Assembly: GCA_051117435.1 (NCBI GenBank)
Contig: JBNPED010000019.1
Span: 133,476-197,475, forward strand
DNA length: 64,000 nucleotides
Direction: 5' to 3'
Source of the DNA: Oceanicaulis sp.
Lineage (GTDB): Bacteria; Pseudomonadota; Alphaproteobacteria; Caulobacterales; Maricaulaceae
Of this stretch, positions 18,568 to 28,090 are shown in pieces. A program made the position numbers and the translations under genes. How positions within the stretch are numbered: position 1 is the stretch's first letter; each line of letters begins with the position of its first letter. The notes below the pieces were generated by a model that saw nothing but the letters and a program-made list of their open reading frames with translations, was not told where the DNA came from and did no database searches.

Positions 18568-19557
18568 CTACGCCGCCTGGCCCGGCTTCACCGGGCTTTC
18601 GGGCAGGTTCTCTCCGAACACGCGCTGGTACATCTCCGCCACGACGGGCCGTTCCAGCTCGTCGCACTTGTTCAGGAAGGTGAGGCGGAAGGCGATGCCC
18701 GGATCGCCGAAGATCTGCGCGTTCTCCGCCCAGGTGAGCACGGTGCGCGGGCTCATCACGGTCGACAGATCGCCGTTGATGAAGGCCTCGCGGGTCATGT
18801 CGGCCACGTTCACCATGTCGGCGATGGCTTTCCTGCCCGCGTCCGACTTGCCGAACTCGCCAAGCTTCGCCGCGACGATTTCGCGCTCGGTCTCCGCCGG
18901 CAGATAATTCAGCGTCGAGACGATGGACCAGCGGTCCATCTGGCCCTGGTTGATCTGCTGGGTGCCGTGATAAAGCCCCGTCGTGTCGCCGAGGCCCACC
19001 GTGTTGGTGGTGGCGAACAGACGGAAATTCGGGTTCGGGCGGATCACACGGGTCTGGTCGAGCAGGGTGAGCGAGCCGGACGCCTCCAGCACGCGCTGAA
19101 TGACGAACATCACGTCGGGCCGGCCCGCATCGTATTCGTCGAAAAGCAGCGCCACGGGCCGTTGCACCGCCCAGGGCAGGATGCCTTCCTGGAACTCGGT
19201 GACCTGCTGGCCGTCTTTGAGAACGATCTGGTCCTTGCCCACCATGTCGATGCGGCTGACATGGCTGTCGAGATTGACCCGGATCATCGGCCAGTTCAGC
19301 CGCGCGGCGACCTGTTCGACATGGGTGGATTTGCCGGTGCCGTGATAGCCCTGGATCATCACCCGGCGATTGAAGGCGAAGCCGGCGAGAATGGCGCGCG
19401 TGGTGGCGGGATCGAAGACATAGGTCTCGTCGATGTCCGGCACGTGGCTGTCGCGCTCCTTGAAGGCGGGAACCTCGAAGCCGGGATCGAAGCCGAACAG
19501 AGCCTGGCAATCGGCCTTGGTGTCGGGGGTCAGGGCGGTCAGCGCGTCGTCGGTCAT
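18568..19557 (-). CDS. cobS: Cobaltochelatase subunit CobS (MoxR-like AAA+)
   Basis: [10 protein letters not shown] Walker [14 protein letters not shown] Walker B, MDRW; GAGG SD before ATG 19557. Confidence 0.96.
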   Translation of the reverse strand: MTDDALTALTPDTKADCQALFGFDPGFEVPAFKERDSHVPDIDETYVFDPATTRAILAGFAFNRRVMIQGYHGTGKSTHVEQVAARLNWPMIRVNLDSHVSRIDMVGKDQIVLKDGQQVTEFQEGILPWAVQRPVALLFDEYDAGRPDVMFVIQRVLEASGSLTLLDQTRVIRPNPNFRLFATTNTVGLGDTTGLYHGTQQINQGQMDRWSIVSTLNYLPAETEREIVAAKLGEFGKSDAGRKAIADMVNVADMTREAFINGDLSTVMSPRTVLTWAENAQIFGDPGIAFRLTFLNKCDELERPVVAEMYQRVFGENLPESPVKPGQAA

Positions 19558-19673
19558 GTCGCCTCGAAATCTTCCAGTCTGCAAAACCTAAAGGGCCGGG
19601 GCGCCGCCCCGCAGTCCCGGCTTACCTAGCGCGCGCACGCGCTCGGCGCCACCGGGACCGGTGAATAAGCGCT

Positions 19674-20306
19674 TCACGCCATGCCTGCGCCTTTGAGGAT
19701 CTGGTAGCTTTGCACCACCTTGGTGAGCAGCTCCTCCATGGAGCGGTCGCCGCCGTTGGAGTCCGGGTGATAGGCGCGCACCAGCTCGGCGTAGCGCTTG
19801 CGCACCTCGGATTTCGAGGCGCCGGGCTCGAGGCTCAGCGTCTCATAGGCGCGGCGTTGCAGCCGGCCCATGGCGGCGTGCGGATCTTCGGCTTCGCGCT
19901 GGCGGCGTTCGGCGCCCGGCGGGGGGCGGTCGCCGAAAATGGAGAACGGATCCTCGAACCCCTCATGGAAGTCCTTGCTGGCGCGTTCGGCCTTCTTGCG
20001 GGCCGTTGACCCGGCCGCGAAGCTCCAGGTGGGGCGATGGCCGTAGAAATCGGCCTCCATATGGGCGCGCGCGGCGTCCTCGCTCATGCCCTCGAAGAAA
20101 TTCCACTGCTTGTTGTATTCGGCGGCGTGGCTCTGGCAGAACCAGTAGAACTCGTCGCGCTTGGCCGCGCTCTTGGGCGCGCGCGCGGTCGCCTTGGACC
20201 TACACTGGGGGTGCTCGCACACGCGTTCCTCCGCAGAGGCCTCGTGCTTGGGCTTCTTGATGCGGATGTCCACAAAGCGCGGGCGGTATTTGTAATCGCC
20301 GTCCAT
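19674..20306 (-). CDS. J-domain (DnaJ-like) protein with N-terminal Cys/His motif
   Basis: C-terminal J domain with HPD; N-terminal CEHPQC...WFCQSHAAEYNK. Confidence 0.9.
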   Translation of the reverse strand: MDGDYKYRPRFVDIRIKKPKHEASAEERVCEHPQCRSKATARAPKSAAKRDEFYWFCQSHAAEYNKQWNFFEGMSEDAARAHMEADFYGHRPTWSFAAGSTARKKAERASKDFHEGFEDPFSIFGDRPPPGAERRQREAEDPHAAMGRLQRRAYETLSLEPGASKSEVRKRYAELVRAYHPDSNGGDRSMEELLTKVVQSYQILKGAGMA

Positions 20307-20360
20307 GGGGCCAAAGTATGGGGTGCGCCGCGGGCCGCGGCAACGAAGGGGAGATGACGA

Positions 20361-20630
20361 TTGCAACGCGTGACGCAGCGCCTTGAGGACAAACTGAACG
20401 CAGCCTTCGCGCCCAGCGCGCTGGCGATCACCGACGACAGCGCGCTTCACGCCGGTCACGCCGGCGCGCGTGAAGGCGGGGAGAGCCATTTCACCGTGGC
20501 GATCACGGCCGCGGCCTTCACGGGCAAGAGCCGGCTGGAGCGCCACCGCATGGTCAACGCCGCCCTGGCCGACGAACTGGCCGGGCCTGTCCACGCGCTG
20601 GTGATCAAGGCGAAGGCGCCGGGGGAGTAG
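20361..20630 (+). CDS. bolA: BolA family protein
   Basis: DDSALHAGH, ESHF, FTGKSRLERHRMV, VHALVI. Confidence 0.93.
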   Translation: MQRVTQRLEDKLNAAFAPSALAITDDSALHAGHAGAREGGESHFTVAITAAAFTGKSRLERHRMVNAALADELAGPVHALVIKAKAPGE

Positions 20631-20703
20631 CGCGTTTTTCTTGACGGGGCGCGCGCCGTGGGTACTGTGCCGCGCTTTCCAGCGCCGGGAGGGGTGAAAC
20701 CCA

Positions 20704-21195
20704 ATGGCCGAAAGCGCCGCACCCATCGCCATCATCATGGGGTCCAGGTCCGACTGGCCCACGCTGAAGCGCGCCGCCGAACTGCTGGACGAGCTGGGCG
20801 CCGGCTATGAAGCCAGGGTGGTGAGCGCCCACCGCACGCCGGACCGGCTGGTGGAGTTCTCCAAGACGGCGGCCGAGCGCGGCGTGCAGGTGATCATCGC
20901 CGGCGCGGGCGGCGCGGCGCATCTGCCCGGCATGGTCGCGTCCATGACCCATCTGCCGGTGCTGGGCGTTCCGGTGCAGAGCAAGGCCCTGTCCGGTCTC
21001 GATAGCTTGCTGTCCATCGTCCAGATGCCCGGCGGCGTGCCGGTCGGCACGCTGGCCATCGGGGAGGCGGGCGCGAAGAACGCCGCGATCCTCGCCGCCT
21101 CCATCGTCGGGCTTGGCGACGCCGCCTTGATGGAGCGGGTGAAGGCCTATCGCGCCGCGCTGACCGAGTCCGTGCCCGAAACCGTCGAGGACTAG
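20704..21195 (+). CDS. purE: N5-CAIR mutase
   Basis: [38 protein letters not shown]. Confidence 0.98.
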   Translation: MAESAAPIAIIMGSRSDWPTLKRAAELLDELGAGYEARVVSAHRTPDRLVEFSKTAAERGVQVIIAGAGGAAHLPGMVASMTHLPVLGVPVQSKALSGLDSLLSIVQMPGGVPVGTLAIGEAGAKNAAILAASIVGLGDAALMERVKAYRAALTESVPETVED

Positions 21196-22266
21196 ATGAC
21201 CGGCCTTGCTCCGTGCGCACGCATCGGGATTCTAGGCGGGGGGCAGCTGGGACGCATGCTGGCGCTCGCCGGCGCCCGGCTCGGCCTGGACGTGGTGATC
21301 TTCGATCCAGAGCCCGGCTGCCCGGCGAGCCGCGTCGCCGCCGAGACGATCACCGCCCCTTATGACGATCTCGCCGCCGTGGCGCGCTTTGCCCAAAGCG
21401 TCGATGCGGTGACCTACGAGTTCGAGAACGTGCCGGTGGAGACCGCGCTTGAGGCGGCAAGGCACGCGCCCTTGCGTCCCGGCGCGAACGCGCTGGAGGC
21501 CGCCCAGGACCGGCTCACCGAAAAGACCTTCCTGAACGCGAACACCGCGCCCACGGTGACCTTCCGCGCGGTGGACACGTCCGCCGACGCGCGCGCCGCG
21601 GCGGAAGCGCTGGGGGTCCCTTCGATTCTCAAAACCCGCCGTTTCGGTTATGACGGCAAGGGTCAGCAGGTGGTGCGCGCGGTTCAGCAGGCTGAAGCGG
21701 CTTTCGAGGCCCTCGGCGCGCGCCCGGCCATACTGGAGGCCTTCGCCCCGTTCCAGCGCGAGCTGTCCATCGTCGCGGCTCGCTCGATCGAGGGCGAGGT
21801 GCGCGCCTTTCCCTTGAGCGAGAACCGACACGCGGACGGCATTCTGCGCGAGACCCTCGCCCCGGCCGAGGCCGACGACGCGACCCGCGCCGAGGCGCTG
21901 CGCATCGTCACGGCGCTTCTAGAGGCGCTCGACTATGTGGGCGTTCTCGCCGTGGAGCTGTTCGCGCTGGAAGACGGGAGGCTCCTCGTCAACGAGATCG
22001 CGCCGCGCGTCCACAACACCGGCCACTGGACCCAGGACGCCTGCCTCACCGATCAGTTCGAGCAGCACATGCGCGCGGTGGCCGGCTGGCCGCTGGGCGA
22101 CCCCGCCCCGTTCGCCCCGGCGCGCATGATCAATCTGATCGGTGCGGACGCCGACGACTGGCTCCGCTGGCTCACCGAGCCGGGCGCGGTGCTCCATCTC
22201 TACGGCAAGCGCGAAACCCGCGAGGGCCGCAAGATGGGCCATGTGAACATCGTCGAGCGGGGGTGA
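21196..22266 (+). CDS. purK: N5-CAIR synthetase
   Basis: GILGGGQLGRM, TYEFEN, GYDGKGQ, NEIAPRVHNTGH, RKMGH. Confidence 0.97.
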   Translation: MTGLAPCARIGILGGGQLGRMLALAGARLGLDVVIFDPEPGCPASRVAAETITAPYDDLAAVARFAQSVDAVTYEFENVPVETALEAARHAPLRPGANALEAAQDRLTEKTFLNANTAPTVTFRAVDTSADARAAAEALGVPSILKTRRFGYDGKGQQVVRAVQQAEAAFEALGARPAILEAFAPFQRELSIVAARSIEGEVRAFPLSENRHADGILRETLAPAEADDATRAEALRIVTALLEALDYVGVLAVELFALEDGRLLVNEIAPRVHNTGHWTQDACLTDQFEQHMRAVAGWPLGDPAPFAPARMINLIGADADDWLRWLTEPGAVLHLYGKRETREGRKMGHVNIVERG

Positions 22267-22287
22267 GCTGCGGTCTGCCGTCGTAAG

Positions 22288-22340
22288 TCCTCCCCCTTCA
22301 CGGGGGAGGTGCGCCGCGCGCCAGCGCGGGGCGGAGGGGG
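22288..22340. repeat. REP-like palindromic element, single arm (copy A)
   Basis: CCTCCCCCttcacGGGGGAGGTG...CGGAGGGGG, homologous to the arms at 42964-43011 and 52764-52810; lies between convergent purK and ubiE. Confidence 0.7.
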
Positions 22341-22385
22341 TGCGGTGCGAGACGCGCCTTCAAAGGCGCCTCAGGCGCCGCTGCC

Positions 22386-23144
22386 CTAAAGCTTCCACCC
22401 GGTATGGATCGCCGCGATGCCGCCGGAGAGGTTCTCCACCTTCACCTGCTTGAAGCCGGCCCCTTCCAGCTCGGCGGCGAAGGCGGCCTGGTGGGGGAAG
22501 CGGCGGATGGACTCCACCAGATACTGATAGCTGTCACGGTCGTTCGCGATGCGCTCGCCGAGCACCGGGATCGCGTTGAACGACCAGGCGTCGTAGATTG
22601 TCTCCAGCGCGCGCGTGGTGGGCCGGGAGAACTCCAGGCACACGAACCGGCCGCCGCGTTTCAGCACGCGGCGCATTTCGCCCAGCGCCTTGATCCGGTC
22701 GGTGACGTTGCGGATGCCGAAGCCGATCGTGACCGCGTCCGCGCTCTGGTCGTCGAAGGGCAGCATTTCCGCGTTCGCGGTGACCCAGTCGAGCCGGTCG
22801 CGGGCGCCGCGTTTGAGGCCGGCGCGCAGCATCTGCTCGTTGATGTCGGCGACCACCGCCTCGGCCATCGGTCCGCCGCGGCGTTTCTGCAGGCGGTCTG
22901 ACCGGTCGAGGAAATCGCGGGCGATGTCGCCGGTGCCGCCGGCCACGTCGATCAGGCGCGCGCCGGGGCGCGGGCCCGCCTTGGTGACCGTAATCTCCTT
23001 CCAGACCCGATGCACGCCGAGGCTCATCAGATCGTTCATCAGATCATAGCGCCGGGCGCTGGAATCGAAGACGCGCCGGACAAGACCCTGCTTGTCCTCG
23101 CGGGCGACTTGCTTGAAGCCGAAGGAGACGGTGTCGTTGCTCAT
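22386..23144 (-). CDS. ubiE: Ubiquinone/menaquinone biosynthesis C-methyltransferase
   Basis: YDLMNDLMSLGVHRVWK, DVAGGTGD, FGIRNVT, YLVESIRRFP. Confidence 0.97.
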   Translation of the reverse strand: MSNDTVSFGFKQVAREDKQGLVRRVFDSSARRYDLMNDLMSLGVHRVWKEITVTKAGPRPGARLIDVAGGTGDIARDFLDRSDRLQKRRGGPMAEAVVADINEQMLRAGLKRGARDRLDWVTANAEMLPFDDQSADAVTIGFGIRNVTDRIKALGEMRRVLKRGGRFVCLEFSRPTTRALETIYDAWSFNAIPVLGERIANDRDSYQYLVESIRRFPHQAAFAAELEGAGFKQVKVENLSGGIAAIHTGWKL

Positions 23145-23193
23145 GGCCGGCAAGCTAGAGCGGCCGGGCGGCGAGCGCCAGTGGGGCGCGCCG

Positions 23194-23547
23194 TCACGCC
23201 TCGCCTTCCAGCCGGCAGTCGCGGTCGGGTTCGCCCGGCAGGCCGAGCACGGCGGCTTCGCCCATGTTCCAGAAAAACAGCGCGCTGTCGTTCACGCCTT
23301 CGAACCGCGTTCCGGTCTCGGCCTCCACCCGCTCGAGATCATAGGTGGCGCTGTCCACGGTGACGCGCGCGCTCTCGCGCAGGAAGCGCGCCTCCACCTC
23401 CAGATCGCCGCACAGGAAGGCGTAGGTCTCGCTCTCGGCGTAAGGATCAGCCGAGCCCGGGCGCGGGTCGCCGGGGGTGTCCGGCGCGTCCCCGCACGCG
23501 GCGAGCGCGACGGGCAGGGCGAAAGCGGCGAAGGCGGCGGGGCGCAT
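23194..23547 (-). CDS. MliC-like lysozyme inhibitor lipoprotein
   Basis: Lipobox LAAC; Y.C, L......GTRF, FFWN.GEAA, terminal C. Confidence 0.7.
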   Translation of the reverse strand: MRPAAFAAFALPVALAACGDAPDTPGDPRPGSADPYAESETYAFLCGDLEVEARFLRESARVTVDSATYDLERVEAETGTRFEGVNDSALFFWNMGEAAVLGLPGEPDRDCRLEGEA

Positions 23548-23589
23548 GGGCGAACCTCTTCAATCAGCGGCTCGCGGGGTAACCCGTGA

Positions 23590-24228
23590 TCACCCGTGCG
23601 GGTTCACGGCGAAGACCTGATCCTCGCCGGTCACGTGGGTGTGGACGGCGAAGCCCGCGGTTTCGCGCCAGCTTCCCGCCCTGCCGTAGAAGGCGAGCAT
23701 CACGTCTTCGCCGGGCGGCGCGAACGCCGAGATGCGAAACGCGCAGGCCTGAACCAGGGTCATGCCGCCGATATCGCGGTCCGGATCGTCCATGGCGCAC
23801 AGGAGCTTCACATGGGCGCGGCCCTGGGCGAGCCGGTCGGCCGCCGCCGAGAGCGATCGCCAGCCGCCGCGCCAGGCGCATTCGGCGATCAGCGGCTGAG
23901 CGAGCATGGCCGAGCCGTCCGCAGCATAGACCCGCCAGGCGATGTCGTAGAGCGGATCGGAGGTCGCCAGCACCGGTCCGTCCTTTATCAGAGAGGGAAA
24001 GCGCCAGCGCGCCGCCACGGCGTGACAACCGCCATGGGCCGGCCCCAGCACGCCCGCCACCGCCTCGCGGAGCTCGCGCGCGATCCGGTCGGTCCACGGA
24101 TTGTCGTCAGAGGCGAACAGCCCTGGATGGTCGGCCCCGGCGCGCGCCTCGGCCGTCGCGCTCAGCGCGCGCAGCGCCAGGCCGGCGGCGGTCTCGGCGC
24201 CGTTCGGGCTCGCCCCGTCGCGCGCCAT
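23590..24228 (-). CDS. Hypothetical protein, possible degenerate PD-(D/E)XK fold
   Basis: Open frame between MliC-like gene and mutM; LYDIAW...LIAECAW pattern. Confidence 0.6.
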   Translation of the reverse strand: MARDGASPNGAETAAGLALRALSATAEARAGADHPGLFASDDNPWTDRIARELREAVAGVLGPAHGGCHAVAARWRFPSLIKDGPVLATSDPLYDIAWRVYAADGSAMLAQPLIAECAWRGGWRSLSAAADRLAQGRAHVKLLCAMDDPDRDIGGMTLVQACAFRISAFAPPGEDVMLAFYGRAGSWRETAGFAVHTHVTGEDQVFAVNPHG

Positions 24229-24269
24229 CGTTAGAGTTCCCCTCGAAACACGATCATTAAGGAAGGGTG

Positions 24270-25130
24270 ATGCCAGAACTGCCCGAAGTCGAGACCGTGC
24301 GGCGCGGATTGCAGCCCGCCATGGAGGGGCGTCGCATTTTGGCCGCACGGGCGAACCGCCCCGATCTGAGGTTTCCGCTGCCCGAGCGGTTCGAGACCCG
24401 GCTCGCCGGAACCACGGTGGAACGCCTCGACCGGCGGGCGAAATACCTGCTGGCGCGCCTGGGTTCGGGCGAGACGCTGCTCATGCATCTGGGCATGTCC
24501 GGTCGGTTCTCCATCATCGCGGACGACCTGAAGCGCCAGCCCGGCGATTTCGTGTATGCGCCGGCCGCGAATCCGAAACACGACCATGTGGTCTTCGAGA
24601 TGCAGGGCGGGGTGACCGTCACCTATAACGACCCGCGCCGGTTCGGGTTCATGGACCTGTTCGCCGGCGCGGAGGACGCCGCCAACGCCTATCTGCGCGA
24701 TCTCGGCCCGGAGCCGGACTCCAACGTATTTTCCTCGGCGCATCTGGGCGAGGCGTTCGCCGGGCGCAAAAGCCCGGTCAAGGCGGGCCTGCTGGATCAG
24801 ACCGTGGTGGCCGGGCTCGGCAATATCTATGTCTGCGAGGCGCTGTGGCGGGCGAGGATTTCGCCGAGACGGCTATGCGCCTCCATCCCCGGCGCGCGCG
24901 CCGAGCGCCTCGCCCCGGCGGTGCGCCAGGTCATCGCCGAGGCGATCGCGGCGGGCGGATCGACCCTTCGCGACTATGCCGGCGCCGACGGCGCCATGGG
25001 CTATTTCCAGCACAGCTTCGACGCCTACGGCCGGGAAGGCGAACCGTGCCGGCGCGAGGACGGCGGGGTCATCCAGCGCATCGTGCAGTCGGGCCGCTCC
25101 ACCTTCTTCTGCCCGAAATGCCAACGGTGA
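24270..25130 (+). CDS. mutM: Formamidopyrimidine-DNA glycosylase
   Basis: [29 protein letters not shown]-terminal [11 protein letters not shown]. Confidence 0.98.
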   Translation: MPELPEVETVRRGLQPAMEGRRILAARANRPDLRFPLPERFETRLAGTTVERLDRRAKYLLARLGSGETLLMHLGMSGRFSIIADDLKRQPGDFVYAPAANPKHDHVVFEMQGGVTVTYNDPRRFGFMDLFAGAEDAANAYLRDLGPEPDSNVFSSAHLGEAFAGRKSPVKAGLLDQTVVAGLGNIYVCEALWRARISPRRLCASIPGARAERLAPAVRQVIAEAIAAGGSTLRDYAGADGAMGYFQHSFDAYGREGEPCRREDGGVIQRIVQSGRSTFFCPKCQR

Positions 25131-25157
25131 AGCGGCGTTATATCAAATATGAAAGTT

Positions 25158-25186
25158 TAGACATATTTCCCGAAATGTTGTAGACT
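25158..25186 (+). promoter_or_regulatory. Candidate sigma70 promoter with two overlapping inverted repeats
   Basis: TAGACA-N17-TAGACT in an AT-rich patch; AAATATG-N10-CATATTT (25145-25168) and GTTGT-N6-ACAAC (25177-25192). Confidence 0.5.
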
Positions 25187-25252
25187 CACAACAAATGATC
25201 GGATATCACCATAGCGCTCGCCAAGAGAGGCGGGTTTGCAAGAGGTTGCATC

Positions 25253-25360
25253 ATGGCCGACATCGTCGCCGCCCTGATCTGCGTCGCGATCGCGCTCTGG
25301 GGCGGCCATCAAACGATCACATCGCTGCGGTGTAAGAGATCCGAGACGACGCGCGACTGA
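25253..25360 (+). CDS. Putative 35-aa single-TM small protein
   Basis: GAGG SD, ATG; MADIVAALICVAIALWGGHQTITSLRCKRSETTRD. Absent from the ORF track (too short). Confidence 0.55.
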   Translation: MADIVAALICVAIALWGGHQTITSLRCKRSETTRD

Positions 25361-25395
25361 CGCGACACCGCACTGGGAAAACGAGGGATACACCC

Positions 25396-26322
25396 ATGAA
25401 GAAGCTACTCAACTGCGCCGCCATGCTCGCCGCCGGCTTTGTCGCCGGGATGGGCCTCGCGCGCGTCGCCGAGGCCCAGACGGACTACGCCGCCATCGAG
25501 GCGAACCCGGCCATCTGGTCAATCTCCGATGAGGACTCCACCGTCTACCTGTTCGGCACGGTGCACATCCTGCCGCCGGAGCTGAACTGGCGCACGCCGG
25601 CGGTCGACGCCGCGCTTGAAGACTCCGAGATCGTCTATCTGGAGGCCGACGTGCTGTCCGCCGAGGCGCAGGCCCAGGTGCAGGCCCTGATCCCGCAGCT
25701 GGGGCTGAACGAGCCGGGCGTGACTTTGAGCTCCTTGATCAGCGACGAAGCCAAAGCCCACATGGCCACCATCGCGCAGCGCATCGGCGCGCCGCCCCAG
25801 GCGCTCGCCGCCCAGATGGATCCGCTCCAGCCCTGGCTCGCGAGCCTGACGCTCGCCGTATTGCAGATCCAGGCCGGCGGTTACGATCCGGAGTCCGGCG
25901 TTGAATACAAGCTCGGCGCAGCCGCCGCCGAAGCCGGAAAATCCTTTGGGTACTTCGAAACCGCGGAGGAGCAGCTGCGCTTCTTCGCCGGCATGCCCAT
26001 GGAGACTCAGGTCGCCGATTTCGAGATCGGCGTCGAGCAGATGGTCGAAGACCCCGACATGCTCTCGGAGCTGGTCCAGGCCTGGGCGATCGGCGACATG
26101 GGCGCGCTGGACGAAGCCTTCAACGGGGCCATGCGTGAGACTTCCGCCGACCTCTACGACGCGCTGATCGTCCAGCGAAACCTCAACTGGATCCCGCAGA
26201 TCGAGGCGGCGCTGGCCACCGATCAGGACGCGTTCGTCGCGGTCGGCGCAGGGCACATGCCGGGCGAGAACGGGGTGATCGCGCTTCTCGAAGCGAACGG
26301 CCACACCGTGACCCGCCAATAG
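25396..26322 (+). CDS. TraB/GumN (TIKI-like) family secreted protein
   Basis: Signal peptide, [26 protein letters not shown]. Confidence 0.92.
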   Translation: MKKLLNCAAMLAAGFVAGMGLARVAEAQTDYAAIEANPAIWSISDEDSTVYLFGTVHILPPELNWRTPAVDAALEDSEIVYLEADVLSAEAQAQVQALIPQLGLNEPGVTLSSLISDEAKAHMATIAQRIGAPPQALAAQMDPLQPWLASLTLAVLQIQAGGYDPESGVEYKLGAAAAEAGKSFGYFETAEEQLRFFAGMPMETQVADFEIGVEQMVEDPDMLSELVQAWAIGDMGALDEAFNGAMRETSADLYDALIVQRNLNWIPQIEAALATDQDAFVAVGAGHMPGENGVIALLEANGHTVTRQ

Positions 26323-26464
26323 GCTGCTTTCCGGACGCCTGAACCAGCCCGCGCCGGGGGTGTCGACCCCGGCGCGGGCTTCGTGTATAGCGGCGCGCGT
26401 TTTGTCGCTCACCTGCGCGCGCCGCTGCGCTTTTCGGCGCGCCCCAGACCGCTTGGAGGGCCTG

Positions 26465-27241
26465 ATGGCCTACACCACCATCCAGACCAAGACCGAAGGG
26501 CGCGTCGGCGTCATCACGCTCGACCGGCCCCAGGCGCTGAACGCCCTGTGCGACGAACTCACCGCCGAGCTCACCGCCGCGCTCGCCGCGTTCGAGCGCG
26601 ACGAGGACATCGGCTGCGTGGTGCTGACCGGGTCGGCCAAGGCGTTCGCCGCCGGCGCCGACATCAAGGAGCTGCAGGAGAAGGATTTCGTCTCGCTCTA
26701 CAAGCACGATCCCTTTGCGGAGACGTGGGAGAGCGTGGCCCGGTTCAGAAAGCCGATCATCGCCGCGGTGTCCGGCTACGCCCTGGGCGGCGGCTGCGAG
26801 ATCGCCATGATGTGCGATTTCATCATCGCGGCCGAAAGCGCCAAGTTCGGCCAGCCGGAGATCAATCTCGGCGTCATGCCTGGCGCGGGCGGCACCCAGC
26901 GCCTGCCGCGCGCGGTGGGCAAGGCCAAGGCGATGGATCTGTGCCTGACCGGCCGGATGATGAACGCCGAAGAAGCCGAGCGCGCCGGCCTTGTGAGCCG
27001 CGTGGTGCCCGCCGACGAACTCCTGGACGTCGCCATGGAGGCGGCCTCCACGATCGCGTCGAAATCCCTGCCCATCGCCATGATGACCAAGGAGGCGATC
27101 AACATGGCGTTCGAGATGGGGCTGGCCGAGGGCGTGCGCTTCGAGCGCCGGGTCTTCCAGTCCCAGTTCGCCACCGAAGATCAGAGCGAAGGCATGGCCG
27201 CCTTCGCCGACAAGCGCGCCGCGCATTTCAAGCACCGCTAG
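26465..27241 (+). CDS. Enoyl-CoA hydratase
   Basis: [36 protein letters not shown]. Confidence 0.95.
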   Translation: MAYTTIQTKTEGRVGVITLDRPQALNALCDELTAELTAALAAFERDEDIGCVVLTGSAKAFAAGADIKELQEKDFVSLYKHDPFAETWESVARFRKPIIAAVSGYALGGGCEIAMMCDFIIAAESAKFGQPEINLGVMPGAGGTQRLPRAVGKAKAMDLCLTGRMMNAEEAERAGLVSRVVPADELLDVAMEAASTIASKSLPIAMMTKEAINMAFEMGLAEGVRFERRVFQSQFATEDQSEGMAAFADKRAAHFKHR

Positions 27242-27261
27242 GCGATTTCAGCGCATCGCGG

Positions 27262-27290
27262 TTGACGCCCGGGCCGCCCGGAGCTATACG
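27262..27290 (+). promoter_or_regulatory. Housekeeping sigma promoter of rpsT
   Basis: TTGACG-N17-TATACG with GC extension (GCTATAC). Confidence 0.65.
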
Positions 27291-27361
27291 CCGCGCCTTG
27301 TCGAATTTCTAAGCCAGCGCCATGTCGGGCCGCCGGCGTGAACGAGAGAGCTTGAACACCC

Positions 27362-27631
27362 ATGGCGAACACTCGCTCCGCGAAGAAGATGGCGCGCAAG
27401 ATCGAGCGCCGCACCGCGCTCAATAAAGGCCGCCGCACGCGCATGCGGACCTTCATCCGCAAACTCAACGAGGCGGTGGCCGCCGGCGACGCCGCCCAGG
27501 CCCGCGCCGCGCTGCAGACTGCGGAGTCCGAGGTGATGAAAGCGGTGTCCAAAGGGGTCATCCACAAGAACACCGGGTCACGGACGGTTTCGCGTCTCTC
27601 CGCCCGGGTCAAATCGATGACGGCTCAGTAA
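27362..27631 (+). CDS. rpsT: 30S ribosomal protein S20
   Basis: [27 protein letters not shown]. Confidence 0.98.
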   Translation: MANTRSAKKMARKIERRTALNKGRRTRMRTFIRKLNEAVAAGDAAQARAALQTAESEVMKAVSKGVIHKNTGSRTVSRLSARVKSMTAQ

Positions 27632-27662
27632 AAATCGCTCCCGAGCCGGATAAAAAACCGAG

Positions 27663-27694
27663 AACGCCCGCGGCCTGCGCCGCGGGCGTTTTTT
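27663..27694 (+). terminator. Intrinsic terminator after rpsT
   Basis: AACGCCCGCGGC-ctgc-GCCGCGGGCGTT followed by a T run. Confidence 0.8.
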
Positions 27695-27731
27695 ATGGCG
27701 TCGCGACAATTGCGTGAAGGCTCGTTTTTCC

Positions 27732-27919
27732 TTATGCACAAGGTGATCTGCGCCATTTCGGCACAGCCGCTGGAACAATGTTTCGAGTCCGATTTCAAAG
27801 CCGATTTCAAGCGAAAAACGCGGCGAAATTTTTTTCATCGCGCAAACGCCCAAGCTGCTTTGTGAATCCCTCTGTCAAGGGCTGATTCGGCCGATTTGCG
27901 TGGTTAATGGAGTTGATTC
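27732..27919. promoter_or_regulatory. dnaA upstream region: DnaA box and four GANTC sites
   Basis: TTATGCACA at 27732-27740; GANTC at 27785, 27864, 27884 and 27915. Confidence 0.55.
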
Positions 27920-28090
27920 GTTCGTCCGCACGGCTAACCTGAGCTCCTCGACGTTAGTTATCTCCATACGGAACGAAAAACACACCGGGACGCCGGAAGG
28001 CGGCGTGTGTCCGGACGGGGGAACTGCGTCCAAAATCAGACACTTGACCGCCTCCTGAAGGAGGTGGCGAACCTTGAAGGTTGGGGTTCC

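Noticed and set aside
25157-25393. 78-aa minus-strand ORF in the mutM-TraB gap
   Set aside because: No motif; the plus strand has a better candidate (promoter, SD, TM segment) in the same space.
27632-28090. rpsT-dnaA intergenic region as the chromosomal origin
   Set aside because: Only one good DnaA box, no clear unwinding element and no full CtrA box; Caulobacter-type origins lie elsewhere (near hemE). Treated as the dnaA promoter.
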